A stretch of DNA of 64,000 bases from an uncultured Desulfovibrio sp. (GTDB taxonomy: Bacteria; Desulfobacterota; Desulfovibrionia; Desulfovibrionales; Desulfovibrionaceae), in contig CAJOMG010000005.1 in NCBI GenBank assembly GCA_905235595.1, positions 7,119 to 71,118 on the forward strand. Direction: 5' to 3'. The notes beneath the pieces were generated by a model. It did no database searches and was not told the origin of the DNA. It saw nothing but the letters and a program-made list of their open reading frames with translations. The position numbers and the translations under genes are program-made. Below are positions 53,161 to 62,362 of the stretch, piece after piece; positions within the stretch are counted from its first letter, which is position 1, and every line of letters begins with the position of its first letter.

Positions 53161-53820
53161 TCAACGCAGATTAATATATTTATGTGTCTGCAGTGAAAGC
53201 CCCCAATTACGTTCCAGACACAGTCGAACACACAATGCAGTAGCTGCAGGTTCTTGATTTACCGGCTGCAGACGAATCCTTTCTGCCGGCAGGGAAGCCA
53301 AATGACCAGCATGACGTCGCACATCCTCCATCGTCCGCACGGGCAACTTGATTTCATCAGCCTTGCTCCAATTTGCTTCCATAACAGGCTTTGCCTTAGG
53401 CGAAAGCGTCACCCAAGTACCGTATGTGCATTCTATAGGACACGTTCCGCTGGTTTCAATCTGCACCTGCATGCCAGCTTGAAGTAAATCCCTCGTCAGT
53501 TCCATAATAGGTTGGGCACACGGTTCTCCGCCGGTAAGCACTACATGCTGCAAGAGCCCTCTTCGGGCCAATACTTCCTGAACAAGCCATGTTTCTTGGG
53601 CATGAGTGTAAACCGGACTTATGTCTGTCTTGCAAAATACAAGGAGATCATTATCCGACAAACGGTCTTCAACCCTCAGCCCCAGAGCATAGCCAGTATC
53701 ACACCATGGACAACCGACAGTACATCCTTGGAGGCGTATAAATATCGCGGGGATGCCTGTCCAATACCCTTCCCCTTGAATGGAATGGAAAACTTCATTT
53801 ACAAGGAGATGCGCCATCAA
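53161..53820 (-). CDS. queE: 7-carboxy-7-deazaguanine synthase (radical SAM)
   Basis: EVFHSIQGEG, FIRLQGCTVGCPWCDT, TGGEP, IETSG, LSLQTHKY. Confidence 0.93.
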   Translation of the reverse strand: MMAHLLVNEVFHSIQGEGYWTGIPAIFIRLQGCTVGCPWCDTGYALGLRVEDRLSDNDLLVFCKTDISPVYTHAQETWLVQEVLARRGLLQHVVLTGGEPCAQPIMELTRDLLQAGMQVQIETSGTCPIECTYGTWVTLSPKAKPVMEANWSKADEIKLPVRTMEDVRRHAGHLASLPAERIRLQPVNQEPAATALCVRLCLERNWGLSLQTHKYINLR

Positions 53821-54254
53821 TCACGGCTCCAGCATGCTGAGCTGCCATCCGTTTCATGCACGACCACCTTGTCTATACGCAGATCTTCGGGCATGCCGGC
53901 TTCGCGGATTACTGAAGGAAAAAACTCCTCGCCCAAATAGGTGGCCATGTTTTCAGCCGTAGGATTAAAGGGTACAGGGCACAAAGAATCATCATCCAAC
54001 ACACCAGCAAGCTTTGCACACAAAGGATCTTTTGTATACAATAGCGTTCGATGATCCCAGACAGCATCTAACGCACCGAACAGTATCTTCTTAATCTCAG
54101 CGAAATCGACAATCATGCCCAAACGATTTAACTGGGGTGTAGAAAGCGTCGCTTCTATACGGTAGTTATGCCCATGCAGGCGTTCACACCTACCATCGTA
54201 ATCGTAAAGACGATGTGCAGATGAGATAATGTGTTTGCGGGTAATCTGCATCAT
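53817..54254 (-). CDS. queD: 6-carboxy-5,6,7,8-tetrahydropterin synthase
   Basis: SAHRL, CERLHGHNY, GMIVDF, DHRTL, NPTAENMA, VHET. RBS AAGGAG 9 nt before ATG 54254. Confidence 0.93.
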   Translation of the reverse strand: MMQITRKHIISSAHRLYDYDGRCERLHGHNYRIEATLSTPQLNRLGMIVDFAEIKKILFGALDAVWDHRTLLYTKDPLCAKLAGVLDDDSLCPVPFNPTAENMATYLGEEFFPSVIREAGMPEDLRIDKVVVHETDGSSACWSRD

Positions 54255-54376
54255 TGGGAAGATCTCCTTAAGAATTTCATAAACGCTCTGGCGTATGCCT
54301 GCAAGCTTATCCTCAAGGCTCGTTGCAACGCAAAAGTTCTCTAACCTTATTAAAACCATTTTTATTGAGGAAAAAC

Positions 54377-55345
54377 ATGCGCGTCATCTATAATCCGGAA
54401 ATGGATCCAACATGGAATCTGGCCGCTGAAGAATGGCTTCTTATGCATACCCATGAGGATATTTTCATGCTCTGGCGCAACGCCAGATCCGTTATCGTTG
54501 GACGCAATCAGAACACACTTGCCGAAATCAATCTGAACTATGTGCGGCAACACAATATTCCCGTTGTGCGTCGACTGACCGGCGGCGGCGCTGTTTTTCA
54601 CGATCCCGGCAACCTGAATTTTACCTGCATCAGCCGCTATGCAGGTAGTTGCGGGCTGGATTTCCAACGCTTCGCCTCACCTATTATTACCGCACTTCAA
54701 GCCATGGGTGTACCTTGCAGTTTCAATGGGCGTAATGACATCATAGCAGAAGGCAAAAAAATATCCGGCAATGCACAGTATATTTCCGGCAATCGAGTTT
54801 TGCACCATGGAACTCTGTTATTTTCGTCACAGCTTGAAGATATGGCCAATGCTCTGCGACCGAATACAGCAAAATTCTCTGGCAAAGCCGTCAAGAGTGT
54901 ACGTACGCGCGTTGGCAATATTATTGATATGCTGCCCCATCCCATGCACATTGAGGAATTTTCTACAACATTGCTGCAGCAAATAGCCAAGGATCAACCA
55001 ACAGAAGAGCTTGGTTCAGAAGAAAAGGGAAAAATTGAAAAACTAGCGACTAAATACCGCAGTTGGGAATGGAATTATGGCCGTTCTCCACGTTATGATA
55101 TAAGACGCATCAGTAGGACTGCCGGAGGTACAATTGATGTACACATTACTGTACGCCACGGCCTGATTGCAGGCATACGCCTTTACGGCGATTACTTTGG
55201 CATACGGGATGTGGCGGAACTGGAGTCTGCTCTACTTGGCTGCCATTACGATGTTCGAGCTCTGGCCGATCTGCTGGCAGATCTACCACTTTCCGAGTAT
55301 ATGCAGGGTGTGGATGCAATCACCCTGGCAGGCTGCATGATATAA
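54377..55345 (+). CDS. lplA: Lipoate-protein ligase A
   Basis: WNLAAEEW, VIVGRNQN, VVRRLTGGGAVFHD, GRND, KKISGNAQ, HHGTLLF, WEWNYG. Confidence 0.93.
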   Translation: MRVIYNPEMDPTWNLAAEEWLLMHTHEDIFMLWRNARSVIVGRNQNTLAEINLNYVRQHNIPVVRRLTGGGAVFHDPGNLNFTCISRYAGSCGLDFQRFASPIITALQAMGVPCSFNGRNDIIAEGKKISGNAQYISGNRVLHHGTLLFSSQLEDMANALRPNTAKFSGKAVKSVRTRVGNIIDMLPHPMHIEEFSTTLLQQIAKDQPTEELGSEEKGKIEKLATKYRSWEWNYGRSPRYDIRRISRTAGGTIDVHITVRHGLIAGIRLYGDYFGIRDVAELESALLGCHYDVRALADLLADLPLSEYMQGVDAITLAGCMI

Positions 55346-55428
55346 CTCTTTTACTCGGTGCAGACATAGAACGTCATAAGGAAGAAAACCTCGCAGATCT
55401 CACATAGATCAATCACTGTTCACGCCTG

Positions 55429-56070
55429 TTAGTCAGAGGTCATTCGCGAATTAGATTCTCTAATGCCTATCATAAATGCCTGCACAGCTTCTGCAACTAG
55501 CCGGGTGTAGATACCCATGACCTGTTCGGAAGAACGCCCTATAGCTGTCGCAAATTTTGCAACTGTTTGCTCGTCACCAATAACCTTGTAGAATTCTTCA
55601 ATGCCGTGGTTGCACACCACAGGGTCCAAAGATTTTTTGCACATATTGTGCAGAGGCTGAAGAGCAGTATCAAACTCTTGCCTGCTCATAAAATGGCTGT
55701 CTGTATCCACAATCTCCCAAAATTTTTCCTGCGTGGCATACTCCAGCAGTATAACAAGACAGATCAAGTCATAGTACCCACGGTTCCCCGGCGGTGCCAC
55801 CATGCCAGCAATAAGATTGAGCGAAGCACCAATCTCCCGAGCCTTGGAACGCATGCCACCAGAAACATCCGGAGATGCAAACCTATCCCGTCGCAACTGA
55901 GAATCACGACGCCTCTCTGAATACCGCACCTGTGCCTTTTCAATTGCCTGTGCGAAACATTGGGAACGGGACTCTTCAGGCTGACTGCGACACTCGCGGA
56001 AATCATCCAGAGGGGCAGAAAGACTGGGAACTGCAACACTTACTATCAACAAAAAAAATACCATCTTCAT
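55429..56070 (-). CDS. Hypothetical secreted alpha-helical protein
   Basis: MKMVFFLLIVSVAVPSLSA signal-like start, several Cys, no family recognised. Start codon uncertain. Confidence 0.6.
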   Translation of the reverse strand: MKMVFFLLIVSVAVPSLSAPLDDFRECRSQPEESRSQCFAQAIEKAQVRYSERRRDSQLRRDRFASPDVSGGMRSKAREIGASLNLIAGMVAPPGNRGYYDLICLVILLEYATQEKFWEIVDTDSHFMSRQEFDTALQPLHNMCKKSLDPVVCNHGIEEFYKVIGDEQTVAKFATAIGRSSEQVMGIYTRLVAEAVQAFMIGIRESNSRMTSD

Positions 56071-56197
56071 TTCTTTAAGAAAATACCTGCGATGCAAACG
56101 AAGACAAAACAAATTTCTGCTGCCCACTGAATATCCTTGCATATTCTTGTCCATATACTGTGCTCTCCATCCAATGATAAAAGCTCTTGGAATTAAC

Positions 56198-57490
56198 CTA
56201 AACACTGGGCCATCGTACTCTTTGAATAGATTGTTCGTCAGCTAACAATGAATCCTTCAGGCTGGATGAAGTTGTCAACATTTCCCCTGGTTGAGGTTTT
56301 ATACCGCCGCTAAGCATCGCCTGCTTAAACACTTCACCGGTGCGAGCAAAAAGATTCGTAAGGATTGAATTGGAAACCAACATGCCACTGCGGGTAAGAC
56401 GCATGTAGCCATTACGTATTCGGATAAGCCCATTTTCGTGCAAGGCTTGTACAAGGCGCTTATGGTCGCGCATAAAATCACGTCCAGTCATCTCGTGATA
56501 TGCTTTTATACGCAAACCACGTGTAGTGCGCAGGCGTAACATGATCATTTCCAGTACACGCGTTTCAGGCCCGAGTTCTTCCACCTCACGGCCCAAGGAA
56601 CCTTCGCGTATGCGTGTATTCCAAGCCGCCTGATTGGCAGGGCTTGTCCAGCGGCGATTATTAATGGTGGACGTCGCAGACGGACCAAGCCCAAGATAAT
56701 CCATACCCTCCCAGTAACCCATGTTATGATGGCACTGAAAGCCCATACGGGCGTAGTTAGAAATTTCGTATTGAAGATAACCATGCTGCTCCAGTAAAGA
56801 TGCACCTTCCATAAACATAATGTTCTGGTCGCGCTCAGGAGGCAAGGTAAGACGACCTTTCTCCACGTCCTTTTCCAATGGAGTTCCTGGTTCCAGCGTA
56901 AGCCCATAGGCAGAGATGTGGTCGGGGGACATGCGGATAACATCCTTGAGAGTCTGCAGCCACTGACGTACGCTCTGCCCTGGCAATCCCCACATAAGAT
57001 CCACGCCAATGTTGGCGAAACCAGCCTCCCGTGCCAAAAAGGCAGCATGCAAGCTGTCCATGGCCTTATGAGGCCTCCCCAGGGTATGCAACAACGTTTC
57101 ATCCAAGGTCTGTATGCCAATGGAAAGACGATTTATGCCTGCATCCAGGTACTGTGCTGCGCGATGCCCCCCGCGCAAAGATTCAGGATTTGCCTCCAGC
57201 GTAACTTCAGCCTTGGGAATCAGCGAAAAAAATTTAGCCAGACGTTCCAGAATCAGACCGATGATGCGTGGCGGCAAGAGACTTGGCGTGCCACCGCCAA
57301 AAAAAACGCTTTGTACTTCACTGCCACCGAAACAGTCGCCCCAATAGGCCAATTCCATAAAAAGCGTATCCACATAATCACGAACAAGAGGTGAAGACAC
57401 CGGATCGACGCCTCGCCCCAATGGGTTGGAAAAAAAAGCACAGTAGCGACACCGCGAGCGACAGAAAGGGACATGGATATATACAAGCAT
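56198..57490 (-). CDS. hemW: Radical SAM heme chaperone HemW (HemN-like)
   Basis: YIHVPFCRSRCRYCAF, FGGGTPS, EANP, NRLSIGIQ, YEISNYA, GLGPSA. Confidence 0.9.
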   Translation of the reverse strand: MLVYIHVPFCRSRCRYCAFFSNPLGRGVDPVSSPLVRDYVDTLFMELAYWGDCFGGSEVQSVFFGGGTPSLLPPRIIGLILERLAKFFSLIPKAEVTLEANPESLRGGHRAAQYLDAGINRLSIGIQTLDETLLHTLGRPHKAMDSLHAAFLAREAGFANIGVDLMWGLPGQSVRQWLQTLKDVIRMSPDHISAYGLTLEPGTPLEKDVEKGRLTLPPERDQNIMFMEGASLLEQHGYLQYEISNYARMGFQCHHNMGYWEGMDYLGLGPSATSTINNRRWTSPANQAAWNTRIREGSLGREVEELGPETRVLEMIMLRLRTTRGLRIKAYHEMTGRDFMRDHKRLVQALHENGLIRIRNGYMRLTRSGMLVSNSILTNLFARTGEVFKQAMLSGGIKPQPGEMLTTSSSLKDSLLADEQSIQRVRWPSV

Positions 57491-57686
57491 GGGAAATCCT
57501 GAACGGCATGCCATGAGAATTTGACACTGCAGTTCGGTGCTTACAGGAATCAACTCTGTGGCTACCGCAACCTGCCAGCCATCACCCTTGGCAAATACGC
57601 CTCGTCGAAGTATATTATTTTTTTATTGCACGGCGCAAGTCTGTCTGCTGGGCAGGTGTCGTTCCTAACCACACAGGAGCCCTTAT

Positions 57687-59192
57687 ATGGACATACGTTT
57701 TCAAAATCTCGGCCCAGACCGGTGGAAAGGTGATATATTGCTGGCCCCTGCCTGTCAGGGTGACGTATTGCCCTCATGCTGCCCCCAACTGGATAAAGCC
57801 GTGCCCTGGCTGGCTGTGGCACCAGCCTTGCGCGACTTTACGGGCAAAAAAGAAGAACTCTTGCTGCTGCACGGCCAACCGGAATTACCCATACCACGGG
57901 TCCTGGCTGTGGGGCTTGGACGAAGAGAAACTGTTGACTGCAATATCGTACGTAATACTATAGCAAACGCTGTACGTTTCTGCCACAAACGGGGCTATGT
58001 TTCTCTTGTTCTGCCCGAAGCACTGCTGGCACCCCTACCAGGCGGAAAGGAACGTTTGCTTGAGGAATGCATCTGCACCGCGCAATTAGCCTTGTACCGC
58101 TTCACAAAGCTAAAAAAACCCGATCCAGATGATACTCCCGTCCCACAGTGGCTAGCCGTAGCTTTTGACAGGCCGGAAACATCGGATGCTGGAAAAGCCG
58201 CTGCACTGCGTGGTGAAACAGCTGCGAAGGCCGTAACACTGGCCCGTGATTTTGCTGCCATGCCACCCAATTATTTATCACCTGCCATTTTAGCAGAACG
58301 TGCAAACGAACTGGCACAAGAAAAGGGGCTTGCCTGTACCGTGTTGGATGAAGAAGCCCTGCGCAGCGAGGGTATGGGATGCCTTCTGGCCGTCGGAAAA
58401 GGTTCGTCGCGTCCGCCACGGCTTATTGTGCTGGAGCATGTTCCTGCAGGGTGTGAACAGGACCCCCCCCTCATTCTTGTTGGTAAAGGTATTACCTTTG
58501 ATTCCGGTGGCATCTGCCTCAAACCTGCGGCCAACATGCATCAAATGAAGGCTGATATGACAGGCGCAGCAGTTGTTTTGGCCACGCTTACAGCTTTAGC
58601 CGAAGAGCATATTTCCAACCGTGTTGTAGGATTGCTGGCCTGTGCAGACAATATGCCCAGTGGTGCTGCCATGCGCCCTGGCGATGTGGTATGCGCAGCG
58701 AACGGCGATAACGTGGAAATTCAGAATACAGATGCTGAAGGGCGTTTGGCCCTGTGTGATGCTCTCACCTTTGCCCAGAAACACTGGACACCTGCTGCCA
58801 TTGTGGACATAGCCACCCTCACCGGGGCCTGTGCCGTAGCACTTGGTTCGCAGCTGGCAGGTATCTTCTGCGATGATGCTGCACTCACAGATCGGATTCG
58901 CGCTGCAGGTGGAGTCAGTGGAGAGGAATACTGGCCATTACCACTATGGAAGCCTTATAATGAATCTCTCAAAAGCGAAGTGGCTGACATCTGCAACACG
59001 GGTCCACGTGAAGGCGGAGCCATCAATGCGGCCCTCTTTTTGCAGCATTTCGTGCAAAAAGGTGTACGCTGGGCACATCTGGATATCGCCGGCGTAGATT
59101 GGGCTGCCAAGGCAACCCCACTGACGCCGGTGGGGCCCACTGCCTTTGGAGTACGTACTCTGCTCAATCTTGCCCGGGGAGGCGTACAATGA
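57687..59192 (+). CDS. pepA: Leucyl aminopeptidase (M17)
   Basis: LVGKGITFDSGG, MKADMTGAA, NTDAEGRL, DIATLTGA, WAHLDIAG. Confidence 0.96.
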   Translation: MDIRFQNLGPDRWKGDILLAPACQGDVLPSCCPQLDKAVPWLAVAPALRDFTGKKEELLLLHGQPELPIPRVLAVGLGRRETVDCNIVRNTIANAVRFCHKRGYVSLVLPEALLAPLPGGKERLLEECICTAQLALYRFTKLKKPDPDDTPVPQWLAVAFDRPETSDAGKAAALRGETAAKAVTLARDFAAMPPNYLSPAILAERANELAQEKGLACTVLDEEALRSEGMGCLLAVGKGSSRPPRLIVLEHVPAGCEQDPPLILVGKGITFDSGGICLKPAANMHQMKADMTGAAVVLATLTALAEEHISNRVVGLLACADNMPSGAAMRPGDVVCAANGDNVEIQNTDAEGRLALCDALTFAQKHWTPAAIVDIATLTGACAVALGSQLAGIFCDDAALTDRIRAAGGVSGEEYWPLPLWKPYNESLKSEVADICNTGPREGGAINAALFLQHFVQKGVRWAHLDIAGVDWAAKATPLTPVGPTAFGVRTLLNLARGGVQ

Positions 59193-60706
59193 AGGTTATT
59201 CTGATCGGTGCCGGTCCTGGTGATCCTGGTCTCCTGACGATCAAAGGGCGTGAAATGCTCGCCGCCGCTGATGTAGTAGTGTATGACGCATTGGCCAACG
59301 AGAGTCTTTTGCAGTATGCCCGCCCTGATGCAGAAAAAATTTATGTGGGGAAGGTGGCGGGCGATCATGCCCTGCCGCAACAGGAAATCAATGCCCTGCT
59401 TGTGCAAAAAGCCAAGGGAAATAAAGTGGTAGCCCGGCTCAAAGGAGGAGATCCCTTCATTTTCGGGCGCGGAGGAGAAGAGGCGGAAGTATTGGCAACT
59501 GCTGGCGTACCCTTTGAGGTGATCCCTGGAATCAGCAGTACTATCGCTGCCCCTGCCTATGCAGGAATTCCCCTGACACACAGAGATGCGGCATCTTCCG
59601 TGACCATTATCACGGGCCATGAAAATCCAGACAAACCCGGCTCCGCCCATAACTGGAAGGCCCTTGCTGCCAGCGCATCCACGCTTGTCTTTGTTATGGG
59701 CATGAAGAATCTTCCGGACATCGTGCGCAATCTGATTGCTGCCGGTATGGATTCCACAACTCCTTCCGCACTCATCTACCGCGGCACCACACCTGCACAG
59801 CGCAGCCTTGCAACCACACTGGCTGAACTACCTCGTGCAGCAAGGGAAGCTCACTTCACCAATCCTTCCATTATTCTGGTAGGGAAGGTGGCAAGCCTTC
59901 GTAACACACTAAACTGGTTTGAGAAAAAGCCTCTTTTCGGTATCAGTGTTGTTGTTACCCGTGCACGAGAGCAGGCCAGCGAGTTGGCCCAAAGCCTGGC
60001 TGTACTGGGAGCTGAAGTTATACAATGCCCTACAATCGAAATACATCCTCTTCGTGACTATACTGCGCTGGATACGGCAATAGCCGCACTGAGAAGCTAT
60101 CACTGGTGCATTTTCACATCAGTCAACGGGGTGCGCTTTTTTTGGCTGCGCATGCAGAAACTCGGATTTGACAGTCGTGCTTTAGGCAATATCAGGATTG
60201 CCGCCATCGGTCCGGCCACGGCAGCAGCTTTACGCGACCATGGTATTGAACCCGATGCGATTCCTTCACGCTACATGGCCGAGGGCATAGTCGCATGCCT
60301 GCTGTCCAATGAAAACGGCCATGTAGAGGGAAAACATTTTCTTCTGCCGCGTGCAGCCAAGGCCAGGGATGTGCTCCCCAATGAACTGCGAAAAGCAGGC
60401 GCCATGGTAGATGTTATCCCCGCCTATGAAACCATACCCGCAAAAGGGCACAAAAACGAGGTTCTGGCACGGTTGGAGGCGGGAACTCTGTCCTGTGTCA
60501 CGTTCGGCTCATCCTCAACGGTAGAAAACTTTCTCTCTGTCATTCCTGCAGCAATGTTACGCAACCATCCGGAGACAAAACTGGCCGCCATCGGCCCTGT
60601 GACCGCAGATACCCTGCGCAGGCATAATCTGCCCTGCGACATTATGCCGGAGAAGTATACTATCCCGGCATTAATAGAAGCACTGCAAACTTTCTTTGCG
60701 AGGTAG
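59189..60706 (+). CDS. cobA: Fused uroporphyrinogen-III C-methyltransferase / uroporphyrinogen-III synthase
   Basis: IGAGPGDPGLLT, RLKGGDPFIFGRGGEE, then HemD domain (VVTRAREQ, FTSVNGV, FGSSSTV). Confidence 0.95.
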   Translation: MKVILIGAGPGDPGLLTIKGREMLAAADVVVYDALANESLLQYARPDAEKIYVGKVAGDHALPQQEINALLVQKAKGNKVVARLKGGDPFIFGRGGEEAEVLATAGVPFEVIPGISSTIAAPAYAGIPLTHRDAASSVTIITGHENPDKPGSAHNWKALAASASTLVFVMGMKNLPDIVRNLIAAGMDSTTPSALIYRGTTPAQRSLATTLAELPRAAREAHFTNPSIILVGKVASLRNTLNWFEKKPLFGISVVVTRAREQASELAQSLAVLGAEVIQCPTIEIHPLRDYTALDTAIAALRSYHWCIFTSVNGVRFFWLRMQKLGFDSRALGNIRIAAIGPATAAALRDHGIEPDAIPSRYMAEGIVACLLSNENGHVEGKHFLLPRAAKARDVLPNELRKAGAMVDVIPAYETIPAKGHKNEVLARLEAGTLSCVTFGSSSTVENFLSVIPAAMLRNHPETKLAAIGPVTADTLRRHNLPCDIMPEKYTIPALIEALQTFFAR

Positions 60707-60708
60707 CC

Positions 60709-61386
60709 ATGCCCTGCAATATCGCCATACTGGCTTCAGGCAGCGGAACCAATGCTCAGGCCATGATTGATAAAGTCGCTGCCGGCCTGCTGGATGTCAA
60801 TATCGCACTCATCATCTGCAACCGTCCGGGAGCGGGCGTGATCGCACGGGCACAAAGGGCTGGAGTACCCTGCCTAGTGCTGGACCACAGCACCTTTCCA
60901 GACAGGGAAAGCTATGATCTCAAGCTGGTAGAGGCATTACATGCAGCCGGGGTGGAACTGGCCGTACTGGCGGGCTATATGCGTCTGCTCTCTGCGACAT
61001 TTCTAACAGCTTTTCATGGCAGGGTGATTAATCTCCACCCCGCTCTGCTGCCAAGTTTTCCCGGAATTCACGGAGGCAGAGATGCCCTTGCCTATGGAGT
61101 CAGGATTTCCGGCTGCACAGTACATTTCGTAGAGGAACAAATGGACAGTGGCCCAGTCATCATCCAGGCAGCAGTACCTGTCAATCCTGATGAGAGTGAG
61201 GAAACTCTTATGGAACGTATCCATGCCATGGAGCACCGCATCTATCCACAAGCAGTACAATGGCTGGCTCAGGGACGCATCAGTATTCATGGCCGGCAGG
61301 TTCATCTGTCCCCCGGCACGGCATCCCCTGCCGTCAACAATAATGACAGCAGCCTGATCTGGCCACCGCTTGAAGAAGGTTTTTAG
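60709..61386 (+). CDS. purN: Phosphoribosylglycinamide formyltransferase
   Basis: ILASGSGTN, LAGYMRLL, INLHPALLPSFPG, GCTVHFV, DSGPVI. Confidence 0.97.
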   Translation: MPCNIAILASGSGTNAQAMIDKVAAGLLDVNIALIICNRPGAGVIARAQRAGVPCLVLDHSTFPDRESYDLKLVEALHAAGVELAVLAGYMRLLSATFLTAFHGRVINLHPALLPSFPGIHGGRDALAYGVRISGCTVHFVEEQMDSGPVIIQAAVPVNPDESEETLMERIHAMEHRIYPQAVQWLAQGRISIHGRQVHLSPGTASPAVNNNDSSLIWPPLEEGF

Positions 61387-61450
61387 CTCCATCAATCAAT
61401 AATGTGTATAACGAAACGCACATGTTACATAGGGCCTTATCTACAGCCTG

Positions 61451-62158
61451 TCAGTAGACGACGCTATAGGACATCACCTCCGGCCTGTGGAAGAAAAATT
61501 CCACGCGGCGATTCATAGCACGGCTCTGTTCATCAATTCCAGGCTTGAGTGGACGCGTGTCACCATACGCTACAGCACGCATGCGCGTGGGCTTAATGCC
61601 GTGTTCCGCAAGATAGTGCACCATGGCAGAGGAGCGTGCTCCAGAAAGCTCCCAAGCTGAGGGATAGGGAGATTTTGCCTCCATACTGTCAGCATGCCCG
61701 CGTACCACAAGGTAGAGATTATACTCATTCATCAGCTTCTGAACTGATTCAAGAACGCGCTGTCCCTCTGGCAGAAGTTTTACGCTGCCGGGGGGGAACA
61801 TCACATCTGAATTAACACGCAGCTGAATGCCCACATCATCGGCGCTGATGCCGGATGCACTTTGCGGCACAGCATCAGCCATGAGCATCTGTTTCATTTT
61901 CTGTGCTATGGCGTAATGAGATTTCTCCACTTCACTGATCTTCAGATCGCGGGCATCAATTTTATCCGTATTCTGGATAAAGGGATTGTTGGAAACTGGC
62001 GATGTGGCGCTGGAGTCGAAATTTCGTTCGCCCCGGAAATAGGCTGCCAACCCTGCCTTGGTTTCCGGTGGAACCATGTTCAATATCCACATGAGCAGAA
62101 AAAAAGCCATCATGGCCGTGACAAAGTCAGCATAGGCAACTTTCCATGCACCGCCCAT
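61451..62158 (-). CDS. motB: Flagellar stator protein MotB (OmpA-like peptidoglycan-binding domain)
   Basis: WKVAYADFVTAMMAFF, GHAD, WELSGAR, AYGDTRP, NRRVE. RBS GAGGAGG before ATG 62158. Confidence 0.9.
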   Translation of the reverse strand: MGGAWKVAYADFVTAMMAFFLLMWILNMVPPETKAGLAAYFRGERNFDSSATSPVSNNPFIQNTDKIDARDLKISEVEKSHYAIAQKMKQMLMADAVPQSASGISADDVGIQLRVNSDVMFPPGSVKLLPEGQRVLESVQKLMNEYNLYLVVRGHADSMEAKSPYPSAWELSGARSSAMVHYLAEHGIKPTRMRAVAYGDTRPLKPGIDEQSRAMNRRVEFFFHRPEVMSYSVVY

Positions 62159-62308
62159 TGGGCCCTCCTCACTGTTTGGTTGCGGCCTGCAGCCGTTCCA
62201 CCTGATATGGAGTATGCCGATACCCCGCACTAGGGTGATAGCATAACGCATACCCCGGGGTGATGTAAAACCTGATTCTCATGGCATTCCGCCGGGCTAT
62301 GTAAAACA

Positions 62309-62340
62309 AAAGGCGCAACGAACAGCAGCCGTGCGCCTTT
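62309..62340 (-). terminator. Hairpin between motA and motB
   Basis: Minus strand AAAGGCGCA-N14-TGCGCCTTT followed by TGTTTT. Confidence 0.6.
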
Positions 62341-62362
62341 CAGAATATAATTTTTCGTTGTA

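Noticed and set aside
52922-53257. ORFs of 73-88 aa overlapping 52948-53037
   Set aside because: Spurious translations of the tRNA-Ser gene
54255-56200. attR copy of the tRNA-Ser 3' end or an integrase gene
   Set aside because: Not found by eye in any spacer of the island
57562-57822. 86-aa Cys-containing minus-strand ORF upstream of hemW
   Set aside because: Overlaps the pepA RBS and first 45 codons on the other strand, with no clear start or RBS. A shorter real peptide cannot be excluded.
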